A stretch of DNA of 64,000 nt from Pelomyxa schiedti. Lineage: Eukaryota > Protista > Evosea. Positions 1 through 13,846 of the stretch are shown here, in pieces. The translations under genes were made by a program, and so were the position numbers. The first letter of the stretch is position 1. Each line of letters begins with the position of its first letter. Location of the stretch: the NCBI GenBank assembly GCA_020536535.1, contig JAHLWZ010000792.1:124001-188000 (forward strand). The letters are read 5' to 3'. A model generated the notes under the pieces. The model was given only the letters and a program-made list of their open reading frames with translations. It was not told the DNA's origin and searched no databases.

Positions 1-3000
1 CAGTAAGTCGTCAAAGAAAGCCCGCATGCGGAACGCCATGTGTGCTCGCGTTTCGGCACATGCATAAAGCGTGGAGAAGAATGTATTGGAAGGATAGTGC
101 TGTAGTGAATCCGCGCAAGAAGCCCGCAATTGCGTAGGTGAAGTGAATGATGTAAGTGAGTGCCAGTAGAGAAGGCGAGCTCTGTGTTCGGCAATACACT
201 CATGCAAATATGTCGCGGGAGAAAACATCATTTTCAAGACTGCATCATATACAACCAGTGCGGCGTCAACTCCCATAGACAGGTACTGAAATAATGCATA
301 ACACAACACCAGTTCGACTTGGTCATAGTTGACTGTTGCAGGTTGGATCCTAGAAATTTGCTCGGCATAAAACCTTCTTGCACGCAGGAGGGTAGTAGGG
401 GAAATTGACACAGTAGCACCCTTCTTCACTTGAACATAAGGGGTAGATAAATCAGCCGCGGAAGCAATTATGTGCAGTGGAAGTAATGATCCTTGAGGTT
501 CATTCTGCATGCACACTTGTGTGTATGCTCGGAAAAGAAGCCGTATGTCTCCTGCTATAGTCTTCTTAGAGCCTCGAGCCTGCGCTGCAGCTAAAGACAA
601 GGCAGCTTCGTAAGTACGAGAAGATTCATTGGGATGCCCAAGGTACAATTCCATCTGAGCATAGCAGTTCCACAATTGAATGTCATTTCTATTGGTAGAC
701 AGCAAACGTTTTGCTAGATTTCTGCATGTAGTGGCATCGCTGTGCCTTAGCTCCAGTAGCAGCCTGCCCATAGAGATTGAACTTTCTCCTTGGAATATAC
801 TAACACACAAGTCTGCTGCTCTCCTAGCAAAGTCAAGTAATCCTCGGGGTAGCTGTGGCTGTTGTGTTGGGGAATTTCTATTGCGGTTCGCATATGTGTC
901 CAGAACAGATTGGCCACAAAATGGTGCACACCACTCACTAGCCCATAGCCAACTTACAGAGCTTGCTTGGAAGTTCCTTTTTATGTCCTTTTCAAGAGCC
1001 AAAATACGAGAGCTCTCTTGAACAAGAACTGAAAAAACTGGGGATTGAGTGACGTCTTCAATGGATGACACTGTATCATGGAAATGCTGGGAACAAGTAG
1101 GCCAAGAAGAAGGGACTGGAATGCCAAGAAAGTGAAGAAAACGATGTGCTAGAGTGAGCTTCTCTGCAGGACTGGAGAAAGTTAAAGATAACAATAATTG
1201 GTAAACAGATTACCCAGATATCACGAATAGAAAATCTTGAATATCCTCGGACATTACTACTGTATCTGGGTCACTAATTTCAACCAGGTCTCCACTGGAT
1301 GAGACAGACAGTGGTCGAATGGGCTGCCACTGGTTTTTATCCTTTTCATCCTCTTCAGTGACCCAGTGTTTAAGTTTCAAGCGCCATTCAACTTCATCTG
1401 CTGGTGGTTGTATTTCTTGTTGAGCGTTATTTTGTAGAGTCTACAACAGCAGGGTGAGTTGAAACTCAAGAAAGAAATACCAGAAACCTTGGGAGCATCG
1501 GACTCGGATGTGGATTTATGATTTTCTACTTCAGTGGCTTGCATATTGACTTCTTCTTGTGGCTGGGTGTTGTTTTGGGGCGCGGCTGTGACGGTGTCAT
1601 GTGGCCGCTCAGGGGCTACTTCAACATCCACCTCCTCTTCCTCATGGTCTGATGTTGGGGAGGATGGAGAGTAACTTTCACGCAATACTGGGTCTTCCAT
1701 TATCTGATCATTGTTAAAACGAAATACGAGAGTTCTTTTGTACCTGTTTCTGAAGCCTCCTGAAAAAGGACTCCGTTGGGTTTTCATGGTCCAATTCTTC
1801 ATTCCATTCACTCCCGTTGGCATCACCGCCTGCTGTTTTTCTGTGCTCCTCACGCTGCAATCGTAGTCTATGCTCTTCCTCCTCAAGATGTCTTTTTGCT
1901 TCTGACTGCCTCGCTTGATCATCCTGTCGCTGTTGAAGCCATTCTCCCCATCCTGTAGGTGTAAGGCAAAAAACGCTATGCAAGAAGAAATACCTTTGGC
2001 GCCCAAATCTCCAACTCTAGGTGCCTCTGATTCCCAAAAACCAATAAAATCCGCTCTTCTAGGAAGGTTTGGTCCAAAACAATTGAATTCCACAACTGCT
2101 TGGAAAATTCCGATTGCCCGTTCAGTATAACCTGCCTGGAGTTCGACAATGCACATTTGGTAGATCAGACTTATCAAGAACTCGTCAATATCACTTATAC
2201 TGACGTCTTATAAAGACATTAGCATTTTCTTTACACAGCACACACAAAGAATACCTGCGTCTGGGTCCTTCATAACGCCAGCTTTCATCCTAGAGAGTAT
2301 AGAAATTGCACGAGTGTATGTCGTTCTGGCCAAGACAATATTGAATGTAGAAAATCCTGCTAAACAGAATCTGTGTTTGAATTAGATGTGGCCAAATGGA
2401 GCAAAGTAGTACCGTATGTACTCTCGCCACAAGCGCCCAGTCATTCTTGGCGCTAGGTCTGTTCCTTGGTGAGCTAAAATTTTCTCCCATAATGCCAAAA
2501 CTTTTGAGGTTTCCCAGGATCTCTGTAATGGGAGGAGGAAGGTTTGTATGTTGCATGGTTGCATGAAGATTACGAGCAAGGAGAATTTTACAAATGCAAA
2601 TGTCACAGAGGATGTACGGAAACAAACCAGGAAGCGGCATTGCAGTTTACCTTGATAACAGAAAGGTAGCCTAGAACGAGTTCTTCAGATGTGGGGTGCA
2701 GCTCCAAGGCTCTTTGGTAAATGGCAATCTTTTTCTCGAGAAGAGCACCTTCAGCGTGTCGATCGCCCAACTTGGCAAACTCATCTTGTAGCTTGATATC
2801 TGAGAAAAAATTAGCATATTGGTAGATATAGAATTCGAGTTACGGACAATCTAACCACGTTTGCTCAGTCTGTGTGGGCTTTTGTGTTGCTTCGTTAAGC
2901 TCACGGGTTCTTCTGAAAAGTGATTCCTCAAAGGTTTCCCCCAACTCAGCTTGAATTGCCTCATCTCTCTTCTCTTTCTCATACGCACTCAGTGACAGCG

Positions 3001-4183
3001 GAATGAAGTCACCACCTGAGGTCATTGCCACAGTGCGTTTTTTTTTCCTTACTTGGTCCGCAGTGATCCTCTTTATGTCAGTCCTCACCTGGGCAATGGC
3101 GTACTGTGGCTTGCAATACCGAGGTATACTGACCACAGTCTTATTATCACACCTGTCCACGATGTTTGACATCCCAGACCTCAAAACGTATCTCTCAGGC
3201 AGCCCCACGCACGGCCTCACACGAGGCGCTGTGAATCGAGGCACATCGAGTCTATAGAGGCTGCCAAACAGAATATTGTTCTTGTCACCAGATCCCTGGA
3301 AGTACCACTGCCCAGCAGGGTGGTCAAAGTCAGCCCACGTGCCACTGGCGGGTGTCCTTGTCAGCCCCGTCAGAGGCATCAACGGCAAAACCGACCCAGG
3401 TTTGGCCTTCTTGTTCCGGTGGTGCCCCTCCAGCTTCTTCTTCAGCTTTTTCTCGTGCTTGCTGCTAACGTGTTTCTTCTTCTTCTTGTTCTTGTGCTTC
3501 TTTCCCTCCTCACCGTTTTCAACTCCCTTCTCACTCTCAGCCTCGCTGCCACTGCCGTTAGATTGCTTCTCTTTTTTGACTGTGATTGTTGTCTGGTTTA
3601 GTGAGGTTTCGGATGTGGTTGTGGTTGTGGTTGTGGTTGTCGTGGATGAGGATTCCGGAACAGAAGCTGAAGCTGCAGTTGCTCTCTCAGAGTTGGATTC
3701 AGTGACACTCACAGTGCTGTGGTCGTCGTCAACTGGCTCTTTCTTGATGTAGACTCCTTGTCGTTGTTGGTGTCCCCCCACAACAATGTCGGCGGCGTCG
3801 TCGGGTTGGAATCGGAGCTGCCCCGGACGCGTTTGCAACTGCGGAGTGACGTCATCGGGTGGCCGAGATTGTGATTGAGAACGAGGCGCGGTCGCGCCCG
3901 ACGCAAACAGCGGTGCGGGGACGCCCAGCGGGGGCAACGCAGAGACCAAGTTGGGGGCCCCGCCGTCGTCGTCGTCGGCGGCGGCGGCGGAGGGCACGGG
4001 GCAGCTTGACATGCGGAGCCAAGACAGGTCCAACGACAACGACGACGACGACGAGGTAGTAGACGGCGCGGTGCCGGGCGCGAGGAGGCCGGACGACGCG
4101 TCGGCCGTAGGCGCGGTCCCCACTCGCGGGAGCATTATGGGAAACAGCGGCCTAACACCCCACTGCTGTCCATCGCCTGCCAT
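1..4183 (-). CDS. NRDE2: NRDE2 nuclear exosome regulator / nuclear RNAi factor homolog (multi-exon; 3' end runs off window)
   Basis: Motifs GDKNNILFGSLYRLDVPRF, RRTRELNEATQKPTQTEQTWL, and AGYTERAIGIFQAVVEFNCFGP...FWESEAPRVGDLGAKGW match NRDE-2 family blocks. ATG at 4183 (MAGDGQQW), followed by a low-complexity Lys-rich N-terminus. Confidence 0.9.
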
Positions 4184-4290
4184 TTCACTTTTTTGTTTGT
4201 TTTTGCTTTTTCTTGTGTGATCGGCACACTGAAAACAAAAAAAAAGGTCCCCCAAGAGAAATTTTCTGTGTGGGAGTTGTTGGTTGTGTG

Positions 4291-5198
4291 ATGGATAAGA
4301 GTCAATTTGTGTACACCAAGTACTACTGTGAGGAGAATGTGTACATGTTCCTCAGGAAGCAGCAGGACCGGTGTCCTGGTCCCAATGTGAGCAGAAACAT
4401 GTACGCTGTGTTGGTGTCCAATGCCAACCAAACGGTGCCATTCTGGGGCACAAATTCACGTGACCCTGTAATTTGGGTGTGTATGGATGGCACTGCCAAC
4501 ACGCAATCTGATTCCCAAACCATTTGTGAGGGTGAAGCGTTGTTTTTCATTTTGATTTTGGGTCACTGTTCGATGGTTGAGCTGACCTCTAGTTCTCCTT
4601 CCCGGGGAAAAGGATTACCATGTATTTTCTGTTGGGACTGGGTCTCAGAAAGGCCCGCTTGTCTATGATTTTGATGGAGGTGTGCAGTTTCCTTGCCCAC
4701 TAGCAGGTACACTCTGTGATTGCTGTTGTTTCTTTTCTTAAGGTTCTTTGTGTTCTTTTTTTGCACCAAAAAAAAATAGACTACATAAGGACTGTTTTAC
4801 GGTTGGGATTGAACATTATCAAATTCCCTCACATTTGTGCAGACCAGAACTCCGCCTGCCACCAATCTTCCAGCGGTGCCTATTGACATCCATTGTTAAA
4901 TCAACATAACAACAAAACCACAGAAAATTTCGTATTGTCCAGGACTCTGATTTCTTGAACACATTCAGCAGTGACCGCTCTCACATGATCAAAAACGGTC
5001 GTTACACTCAACCACCACCTCCATATCCTCCAATTCAAGCAGGTCTGGTTCCCTTCCCCCAGTTCTAAATTCTAGAACTGAACTTATAATAAACCAACAG
5101 ATGGACAACCAAGTACCAATCTTATGAAAATGATTGACATGAATGACACCTGGCTTGGCACCATAGTCGACAACCTGACAGATTTTTTCAGTCTCTAA
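4291..5198 (+). CDS. NTAQ1: Protein N-terminal glutamine amidohydrolase (WDYHV family)
   Basis: Spliced exons give YTKYYCEENVY...YAVLVSN...PVIW|DYHVF...VYDFD...RKFRIV..DFLNTFSSDRSHM...PPPPYPPI. Catalytic Cys-His-Asp present. Stop TAA at 5196-5198. Confidence 0.92.
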
Positions 5199-5410
5199 GA
5201 GAAGTTCTCAAAAGCGGTTTGCGGACCTTTCCGCAGTCCATCAAAAGACGTTACACACCAGTAGATTCCTAGCCATTTCCGTTTCAAGAACGTCCTTTCC
5301 CTCTTGGAACTTCCAATCAACTTCATCAATTGTCAACCGTTTCCGGTGTCATAAAGAGGTTCAATCGTTTTCGTGTATACAACAACATAATAAAAACCTT
5401 GAAACAAAAA

Positions 5411-6512
5411 ATGCTTCACGTCAAAGTAGTGTTCAATGGAGAGATAAGGAGGGCCGTTGTCGATGTTTCGCGGCCATTTCGTGATGTGATGAGTATGGTG
5501 ACGTCGTTGTTTGGACTGGACGAGCGACAGATGTCGTCCGCAGCAATAAGATACACTGACAACGAGGGCTGTCTCGTAACTGTATGAATTCGACTCCGCG
5601 GTTGCAATGACGAAGGCTGCTGCCGACGGTTCGAAATTGCTGAAGCTCACCATAACTGGTATGTTGGCTGCTACTTAACTTCATTTTCTAACTTTTCTTT
5701 TTTTTTTTTTCCCCCTTCTTAGGGGTAGCTGAGTCTCCTTCTCGGGATGTTGCAGATCCTACAAAGAACTCCAAACTTGCTGAGATGCTGCACTATGGAG
5801 GTTGGTTTGGTCAGCCTTTATCTTGTTGTAGCGCTAAGTTTATTTCGTAGAGACACAATATTTGACGACACCGGCGGCTATAGAGCATTTTGTGTGTATG
5901 ATATCGCAGGAGATTGCCCGCATTTCCCAGTTTCTCCCAAGAGAAACCGTGACTGCAATGAGATGTGAAGAAATGACCGGAACTCGAAAGATGCTACCAG
6001 TACTGTACAATGTGGCATCCGACCCCCTGACCGCCCGGAATTTCATTACCGACTTCCCGCTCTTCCCGCCCTTCGCGCTAGAGTTCCTGTCCAGCATCCA
6101 GCCATCAACATTCCCCCCCACCTGTCCAGCCACCACCAACACAAACATCACCGCCTCCATTCCGACGCCGATCCCGATGGCTTTCCACCAGCCACCGCAG
6201 CAGTTGCTTCCCCCACTGTCATCCCCACTCTTTCCTTCCTTATTTCGTTCTCCCTTCCCCCTGGGCAATCCTCTGTTCCCTGTTATTCCCACGTCGACCA
6301 GCATGCTGCCACCCACGCCAGCGACAACAAAATCGCCATTCGCAGAGACCGAGGAGGAGCGCCGTGCTAACGCCGCGTTGGTCTCCATGGGCTTTGCTGA
6401 TGAGAGGCAGAACATGACCTACGTACGAGCCTACAACAGCATCCCAATGGCCATTGCAGCATTACTGGAAAAGAGAAACGCCGCCCAACAAGCGACAAGC
6501 CAACATGTATAA
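5411..6512 (+). CDS. PB1 + UBA domain protein (p62/SQSTM1/NBR1-like ubiquitin adaptor); frameshifted as assembled near 5585
   Basis: N-terminal PB1 (VKVVFNGEIRR...IRYTDNEGCLVTV, continuing EFDSAV...LKLTI in another frame), Pro-rich linker, and C-terminal UBA (ALVSMGFADERQNM...IPMAIAALL). Confidence 0.75.
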
Positions 6513-6654
6513 ATAAAATGAGAAGAGAAACCAAAAACATCCTCTTTTTCTGTGACACGAGTGGCACCACTCCCCTGCGCCCCAATCTTGAGATTTCCTG
6601 AAAACATTAGATATGGCAGAATCTAAGAAAAAGAAAAAAAAACAACAAGCAGAC

Positions 6655-8544
6655 ATGCAACCGGTTGCCCAACAACAGCTGTTGGAAGAAGACTACGAAT
6701 TGGTCGCAAGAGTGAGCCGTGCTGGTGTGTTTGTGTGGCACGTTTGAGATCTAAGATGCCTATTGACTGACTCTTTCTTTTGTGCCTACGTGGCAGAGTG
6801 CTTTTCTGGTATCAGCGTGGAAGGAGCCCCTCCAACGTGTCACGTTGTTGGATGCGGGTGCTTCTCCCTCTTCTTCCCGAAAAAACTCGAAGTACCTTGC
6901 CTCCATCGCATCATTGCACTTACATGTGAAGTCGAGGACACCGATGGCTATAGCCTTCGTGGGTGAATTTTCTTTTCGCTTGCTGCCAGGCCTCCCGTGT
7001 GTCTTTCAACAGCAAGACGGCTGCACATGCATTACATTTCCGGAGCCAAATCCCGCCTCAAACTCTGTATTGTCAATAGCCACGTTTTATACTGTACTGC
7101 TGGGACCGTATGCCAAAATACTTTGAAAAGCAATCTCACTTCCACAGTGAGACCTCCCCAGAATTGATTGAAGGCACCAAAGAACTTCTTCAATTCTTTT
7201 GTACCGTTAAGATTTCAGAGTTTGGCGTTCAGGAGGAATCTGGTTTATTGCTACATATTTGACTTCACTTCTTACGTGAGTCAGAATCAACCAAGGATCC
7301 TGTGTTATCACTTGCCTCACCACCGGACACCCTGCCTGGAGATCAAAAGGAAACACCAACTCTCGTTACTGCACAGCTTGCATCTCCAAATGCAACCCTA
7401 ACTGAAAATGGGGATTCAAACAGCAATACATACAAGGTGTTACATACAGCGGGGAAGGCTATCGATTTCTCCTCTACCGTTGCCGCAGAAGGAATTGCTG
7501 TTGGTGGCTCGTTGATTTCTTCCGGAATAATGAGGCAGGTTTAATGTGCTTCCCGGTTTTTCGTTTTCTCTTAGGCTTTCAATGACAGTGGAGAGCATAT
7601 TGTATCCAAGTTCTTGACTCCCAAAGAAGTTGAGCCTTCTCAAACTCTTCAACTTCTTGTCAGTGCTGCCAAGGTAGTCTCTCCAGTTATGTCGACAGTT
7701 GCCAGTGGGCTCACTTATGGTGTGAACTCCCATCTTTAATATAGCGTTCTAATTCCCCTAGTTGTTGATAGTGCCGGGAGTGCACTGTCTAGTGCAGTGG
7801 TCCAGCCAGCGATAAAACTCGGCTCTGAATACATTACGCATGGAGACAACCCTAGTTCTGCTATGAAAGGCGCAAAAGAGTGTGGAATCGCGTCACTGAA
7901 GGGTTTCGGTATTACTCAGCTCATTTGAATACTGTATTTACATTTCTCAGCTCAGTTATGGAATTCCTTGGAACTTGCAGGCACAACTGTTTTTCTTGGA
8001 ACTTCAGAAGCAATTACTGATGGTGTTACCCACAAGTAGGATTATTCATATTGAAATATGATAATACCAAGTCATCTTCAGATATGGAACCCAGTCTGGA
8101 GAATTAGTGTCTGATGGGCTTGCAGCCGTTGGTAGCACTACTATGTCGGCCTATAACATAAGCAAGCTGGTATCTGCAAAACGACTTGTCCAGAAGCTTG
8201 GCACGAGAACTGCAGTTCATACTCTAAACTCTTATTCTGGTGATAATCCTGAGCCAACAAACACACCCAGTGGCAGTGCCATCATGACATGTTCTACCTC
8301 GAGTGCACAGGAGGAACCCCCGGACTCTGTGCCCAACGAACTCCTCTTCTCTAGCCAACTGGTCCCTACAGGTACAACCGCACCCCCTTCCCCTATACCA
8401 CCCCCACCCCCATTGCAAACAACATCACCTGCCGACACCATGTCTCAATTGTTGTCATCACTTCCAACACTACCCACTTTGCTGGAACAACCACCACAGC
8501 CGTTGCCCCCACCACCATCCTACCAACAGTTATATGGACTTTAA
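6655..8544 (+). CDS. Senescence-domain protein (spartin/ERD7-like)
   Basis: Exons give AEGIAVGGSLISSGI... and LWNSLELAGTTVFLGTSEAITDGVTHK|YGTQSGELVSDGLAAVGSTTMSAYNI, matching the senescence domain (V.HKYG..AG). Pro-rich tail ends PPPSY. An alternative in-frame ATG lies at 6613. Confidence 0.8.
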
Positions 8545-8741
8545 CCTTCGCTTGAACACAACAATCCCATGTCAAAAACTAGAAAATCTTTTCAAAAAAA
8601 AAAGTTTTCTTCACTTCCTCTCATTAAGGACTGGGCATCAAGCAAAAAGAGTCCTACAAACTGCGTGCCCCCAATTCTTGTGGTGGTTTGGCCACACTCC
8701 AGAATCCTCTCACTTTTTCTTGTCTCACATGAGCTCACCTA

Positions 8742-9619
8742 TCAATTCGTTGGATCGTCAATAGCAGGCACATAGCCGAGGTGTGATGTTGTTTGCCTAA
8801 CAACAGATGCACTTTGATGCTGAGCCACCAAAGTCTGTGAGGGCGATGCAAGCAGCAAAATTGTGTTGCAGCACGCAGCGAGAAGGGAACCCAGCGAGGC
8901 CATGAACATTCCGGAAACAAAGACCCTCTGCGAGGCGCCGCACATGACCAGCANNNNNNNNNNNNNNNNNNNNNNNNNNNNNNNNNNNNNNNNNNNNNNN
9001 NNNNNNNNNNNNNNNNNNNNNNNNNNNNNNNNNNNNNNNNNNNNNNNNNNNNNGTCTGTGAGGGCGATGCAAGCAGCAAAATTGTGTTGCAGCACGCAGC
9101 GAGAAGGGAACCCAGCGAGGCCATGAACATTCCGGAAACAAAGACCCTCTGCGAGGCGCCGCACATGACCAGCATCTTGCCGCAGTACAGCGAAAGCGAC
9201 ACGGCGTTGAAGAACCCCACCATGAACTCACACATCCCCGCGGCCGGCGCCACAGCAAACGCCACCGCCGCGACTTCGCCAAACCCATAATCCCCGCCGG
9301 CTCTCATGGCGCCCCCGCCTCCTCTGCCTCGGCCTCCTTGTTCCCCCGCAACATCGTCTCCTCCTCGTCCTCGTCCTCCTCCTCCTCTCCCTGTGCTCTT
9401 TGGGGTTGCCTTTGGGCCAGATGCAGCCCATGGGCCCACTGCCGTGCACACGATGAGTGTGGCGATGAAGAGGTCGTCGGGGTACCATGTGTAGTATGTC
9501 CATGGGAGGGACAGGCTGGCTGCCCCGCAGCGCAGAAGCACGAGGCCCACGAGGGCCACGAGGCAGCCGACCCACGACAGCAGCCTCAGAAACCCACGCC
9601 GCTGGTACCATGTTCCCAT
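8742..9619 (-). CDS. Hypothetical multi-pass membrane protein spanning an N gap
   Basis: GC-rich ORF with several hydrophobic segments and a Gly-rich loop. Collapsing the duplicated gap flanks gives one continuous ORF ending ...PAIDDPTN*. Confidence 0.5.
8833..9174. other. Scaffold gap (100 N) with a 121-bp identical overlap on both sides
   Basis: 8833-8953 is identical to 9054-9174 across the Ns at 8954-9053. Confidence 0.9.
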
Positions 9620-9927
9620 AATAATGCTTGGTCGTGAGCGACGCTGCTGGCTGTGTGCGCACCCGACCCACTTTGCACCTTTGCACTAATGCGACCCCAC
9701 GAAAGCCCCCAGAGGAAACGTCGACTCACTAGTCTTGGTCTTCGTTGAAGCAGATTCTCAGTGCCACTGGTTTTTTGTGTATCTAGATCCAGAGAGCAGG
9801 GCGGACTCCAGACCATCAGGACAACTTAGCCCCTTCTCCTGTTGTCAGTCCAGAGCCTTTCTGCATGTCGAGTTTTTCTTGACCTCCTGAACGACTACGC
9901 ACTTTTTATTGATCATTTTGTGTGGAG

Positions 9928-10809
9928 ATGCTGCTGTGGTTCCTAAGGGTGTTGGTGTCTCTAGCTTCTGGATACTTTTGGGGTTGGCGTAACCAACGCA
10001 GGCGTCCCATAAGTGCAGCGACCGGCGATGCACAACCAAAGTGTGCCTTTTTATACCCAAACGCCAGGAACACGCCACTAATTCCAAAGTTATTCCATAA
10101 CATGTGCTGATTGTTTTGCATTAGAGGTAATTTCATTGACATGGTCACACGATGGTCGAGCATTTGCACGTGGTTCGACTGTGATATCAATATGCATATG
10201 GGTAATGCTCAGGTTCCTCCATTTATCAAATCCTTTACTATCTCTAACTCGCATGAATATATCGTGCAGTATTTTATTATCAACGAACTTGCTCGTTTTG
10301 ACTGGTTGGCAAAGAATGCCCTGTTCCGGCAGGAATACTTCAAAAACAGTTGGTTCTATTCTCCTATCTATATCCTCTGTGACTAACTGAATACTTTCAT
10401 TAAACTTTCCAGGAATGCCATAGCCGTAGGCCAAGCAATAACTTATAGACGTGCTGTGCAGATGTTTCAGTTCTACACAGTTGAGACCAAAGTGGTGGCA
10501 ATTGACAAGAAGTCCCTCACTTTCGAGCACAAGTATCTCAGCAGGACCGGCGCCATTCTTTGCATCACTTTAGCTAGGCTCGTCATAGTACAAAAGAAAA
10601 CCTGGTTTGGAAAATCCGGTACCATCCCTTTCACCCTCTCACTTTCCCCAACAAACACACCATGCCTAATTTACATCACAGAAATCATCCCAATGGAAAA
10701 AGTAGCAGCAACTTTCAAACAACCACTTCCTGAGCTGGAACACAGAAACGATGTTGACGTTTTCCTCCAGTACCAGAACAACTCCCTTGACAACCTCAAA
10801 AGTTGCTGA
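9928..10809 (+). CDS. THEM6-like hot-dog-fold acyl-CoA thioesterase
   Basis: N-terminal hydrophobic anchor; DCDINMHMGNA|..YFIINELARFDWL; AITYRRAVQMFQFYTVETKVVAIDKKSLTFEHKY. Confidence 0.8.
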
Positions 10810-10878
10810 AAAACGAAAACAAAAAATAAAACATCCAACCCAATTTCCGCGAACCTACAAAAAACGAAAAATAACCAA

Positions 10879-13081
10879 ATGTCAGCTGCCACAGCCCAAC
10901 CCAACAAGACACCAACACCAAGAAAAAATACACCAAGAGAGGAGCCCAAAGCCCAAAAACCAGCAACACCGCTGGACTCCCACCGCCAATCCAAGGACAA
11001 AACAACCCCAACCCAGCCGCCCCATAATGCCGCCGCACCCGACGTCGTGCCGCACCCCGACGTAGCCGACAAATCCAACGCACGCTACGACGCCAAGGGT
11101 GCAGCCGACAACGACGCCGAGGGCGAAGAGATCGACCGCGACGACGAGGGAAACGGCGGCGATGGTGACGACGACAACGAGGACGACGACGAGGAGGAGG
11201 GCGACGAGGACGACGAAGACGATGAGGATGACGAGGACGGGGGGCAGAATGATGGAGATGAAGACCGCGACCGAGACCACGACGACGGCGACGAGCAGCG
11301 CCAGATGGAGCGCGCGCTGGCTTATCTGCAGGCGGTGGGCGGAGGAGCAGCAGTTATGGGACAACTGCAGAGCGTGTATGACCACATGGCCGATGTCGTG
11401 ACGGCGTTGTTAGAAAGGAGGCCCAGGGATGCTTATGACACTTTCGAGGCAATATCTTATCAGGTCAAGGCTGATTCTGCAAAGGTGGATTGCCCACCTA
11501 ATAGAACAGTGCAGGTGAGATTCTTCTACTTTTTTTTTCTTTCTTTGTGTGTTTTGTGTACCGGCTCTTGATCTTCAAAAAACCACGCTTTTTATTCTTA
11601 ACTGGGAATGCCAAAAAGGAGTTACCAGAACCCTCAGTAGATATTGGTACTGGCCTTATACATAAGAAGTTGTTTCAGGTTGGAAACTTCAACAGATTAT
11701 CATGTCACTAAATGGCATCTTTCCCTCTAATTCACTCAAAAGTAGACCTACCTTGCACAAGAGGAAGAGCCAGAGGATCCTGCTGCCCACACCGCCACAG
11801 CTGTGACACACGCTCCATCACTCAACTTTCCAAATTTACTGGAGGATTCATTCCTGTTAGACTATATGGGGATAGGACTTCATCAAGAAGATACAGTTAG
11901 GTCGGAGTTTCTTGCTTTTAATGATTCACCAACAATCAATAAGATTACAATTCTCCATGAAGCAATTGGCAGAAAGCCATTCTTTTGTGTATATGAGGTT
12001 CTGGGGAAAGATCTTTGGAACTGTTGCAGATTATTACATATGTGAAACACATAAAATAAAAAATGCTGCAGGTCTACTTCTTAGATAGCGATCGTTATTA
12101 AACCTTCACCTAGATGAAGAAAAAGCAGATGGGACCCTGGAATCAAAATATGGAATCAATCAATTCACATATTGGTATTGCACAACAGGTCTTTCCCGTT
12201 GCCCCTTTTCCTGTTTAGCTGAGTCTATTATGTCAATTAGCTGGGGCTCCCTGGGTGAAATTACCCCGCGTCTCACCCCAACAAATCACAGCTGCTAGAA
12301 GACTTCATCGAATATTTACTGGTATTCCTGAATCCCAGGTACATAAAATAAAACACCAAAACCATCTCATGCCCAGATAGATCAACACCAATGCGACTTT
12401 TCTGGGGTCTGAAATAGATTTCCTTCGAGCCCAAATTGCACGAATTACGGCATCCACCTCCATCAGTCCAAAAGGTTATTACCACGGTATAGGGCAACGT
12501 GAGCAAGGTGTGATGAACGGTTTACAAAAAACTGCAAGAGTTCCACTCAACTATATGGCAGATACGAGTTTTGTAAGCCTGCCAAAGAATGTCCTCCTAC
12601 AACCACAAAATTGGTTTCACCACACCACAGACATCAAAGCAGATGGGAAATGTTTCCCCAATGTGAGTTTGTTCTCTCTTCACAAACACCAAACACATTT
12701 TAGATATCCGAAATTCCAAGTGGGCCAGAACGGTCAATTGCCACTGATGAAGGTTTTTCTAGAATTCAAATACAAATTTCACATCTCATAACGAAATGCA
12801 GCACTTGGAACTACTCCTGCATGGACATTAAAATCACCACAATCAGCATGGCCAAGTCCAGTATTTCTTATTTCCAATCACTGGCCAGGGGCATATGCTG
12901 TTTCTCATGGAAACAAACTCGTCAATATGTATTTTGGGTACGTTTTTTTGCATTTTCTTTCAACTGTGTATTTACTCTTGAAAGTTTTGGAAATAAGAAA
13001 CTGAACATGGTATATGATGAAGAAATCGAAAAGAAATCATGCCACTTAAACTCTATTAGGCCCCTCTGGATGACATTCTAA
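10879..13081 (+). CDS. Radial spoke head protein RSPH4/RSPH6 family
   Basis: SVYDHMADVVTALLERRP; MGIGL; RFWGKIFGTVADYYICE; WVKLPRVSPQQITAAR; SEIDFLRAQIARITASTSISPKGYY; SNHWPGAYA. Acidic N-terminal tract. 3' end approximate. Confidence 0.88.
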
Positions 13082-13846
13082 CACTGAACAATGTTGTCAC
13101 ATTTGTGACCCATCATGAGCAGCGCCTTCGAAGCAGGCCAGTTATTTTACACAGGGATCCAACTTTGGGCTATTATGTGTGCACACACTCATCCACTTCA
13201 AAAGTGCGACAACTAGAGGAGAACTCTTGTGTCTCTATATTGGCCAGCAAGAAGGGCACATTGACAGGGGATTGTGTTCAGGTTGAACCCTCACAAAGAG
13301 CTCTCTTTTGTGATCTAACCCGGCGATAAGGTTGAAGCCACTGTTCAGAGCACAACTGAAAAAAAGATAAAGGAAAAAGCTTGGAAGAACCACAATACTC
13401 AGGTTCACAAACCATTTCCTCCCAATTGTAGACCGTGACAGACACAAACACAGGCACCTTATTCATTCATTGGACCATCTGACCCTTCCTTCCTTGTGCT
13501 TCTTGTTCGACCCACTACAATCGCTGTCAACCCTGGCCAGGTTTAACCTCAAACTTTGATTTCCTTCCATGCCTTTTTTTTGCTGGTACAAGGAATTTCA
13601 ACAAATTTCATTGTTTGAAGGGATTTTTTTTCTTTGTTTATTGTGGGAAGAGTGACTAATGCCACACTTCATGAGGATAAAGTTGTAAAGTTGTGCTCAG
13701 CTGTGACAGCAAGCAAAAGTCGAAGTAAAGGAGGGCACATCATACACCAACCTGCAACAAAGCTATGGGTGACAAATTGGCAAGCACGGACTTGAGAAGC
13801 TCTCGCAGAGCCTTTACATCTGCACAAGCCGGCGAAAAAAAAACAT

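Noticed and set aside
5585-5587. In-frame TGA as selenocysteine or readthrough
   Set aside because: Homology continues in a different frame, so this is a frameshift rather than recoding.
8833-9174. Tandem duplication inside the membrane protein gene
   Set aside because: An exact 121-bp overlap around a 100-N gap, the same length as at the second gap, indicates an assembler overlap artefact.
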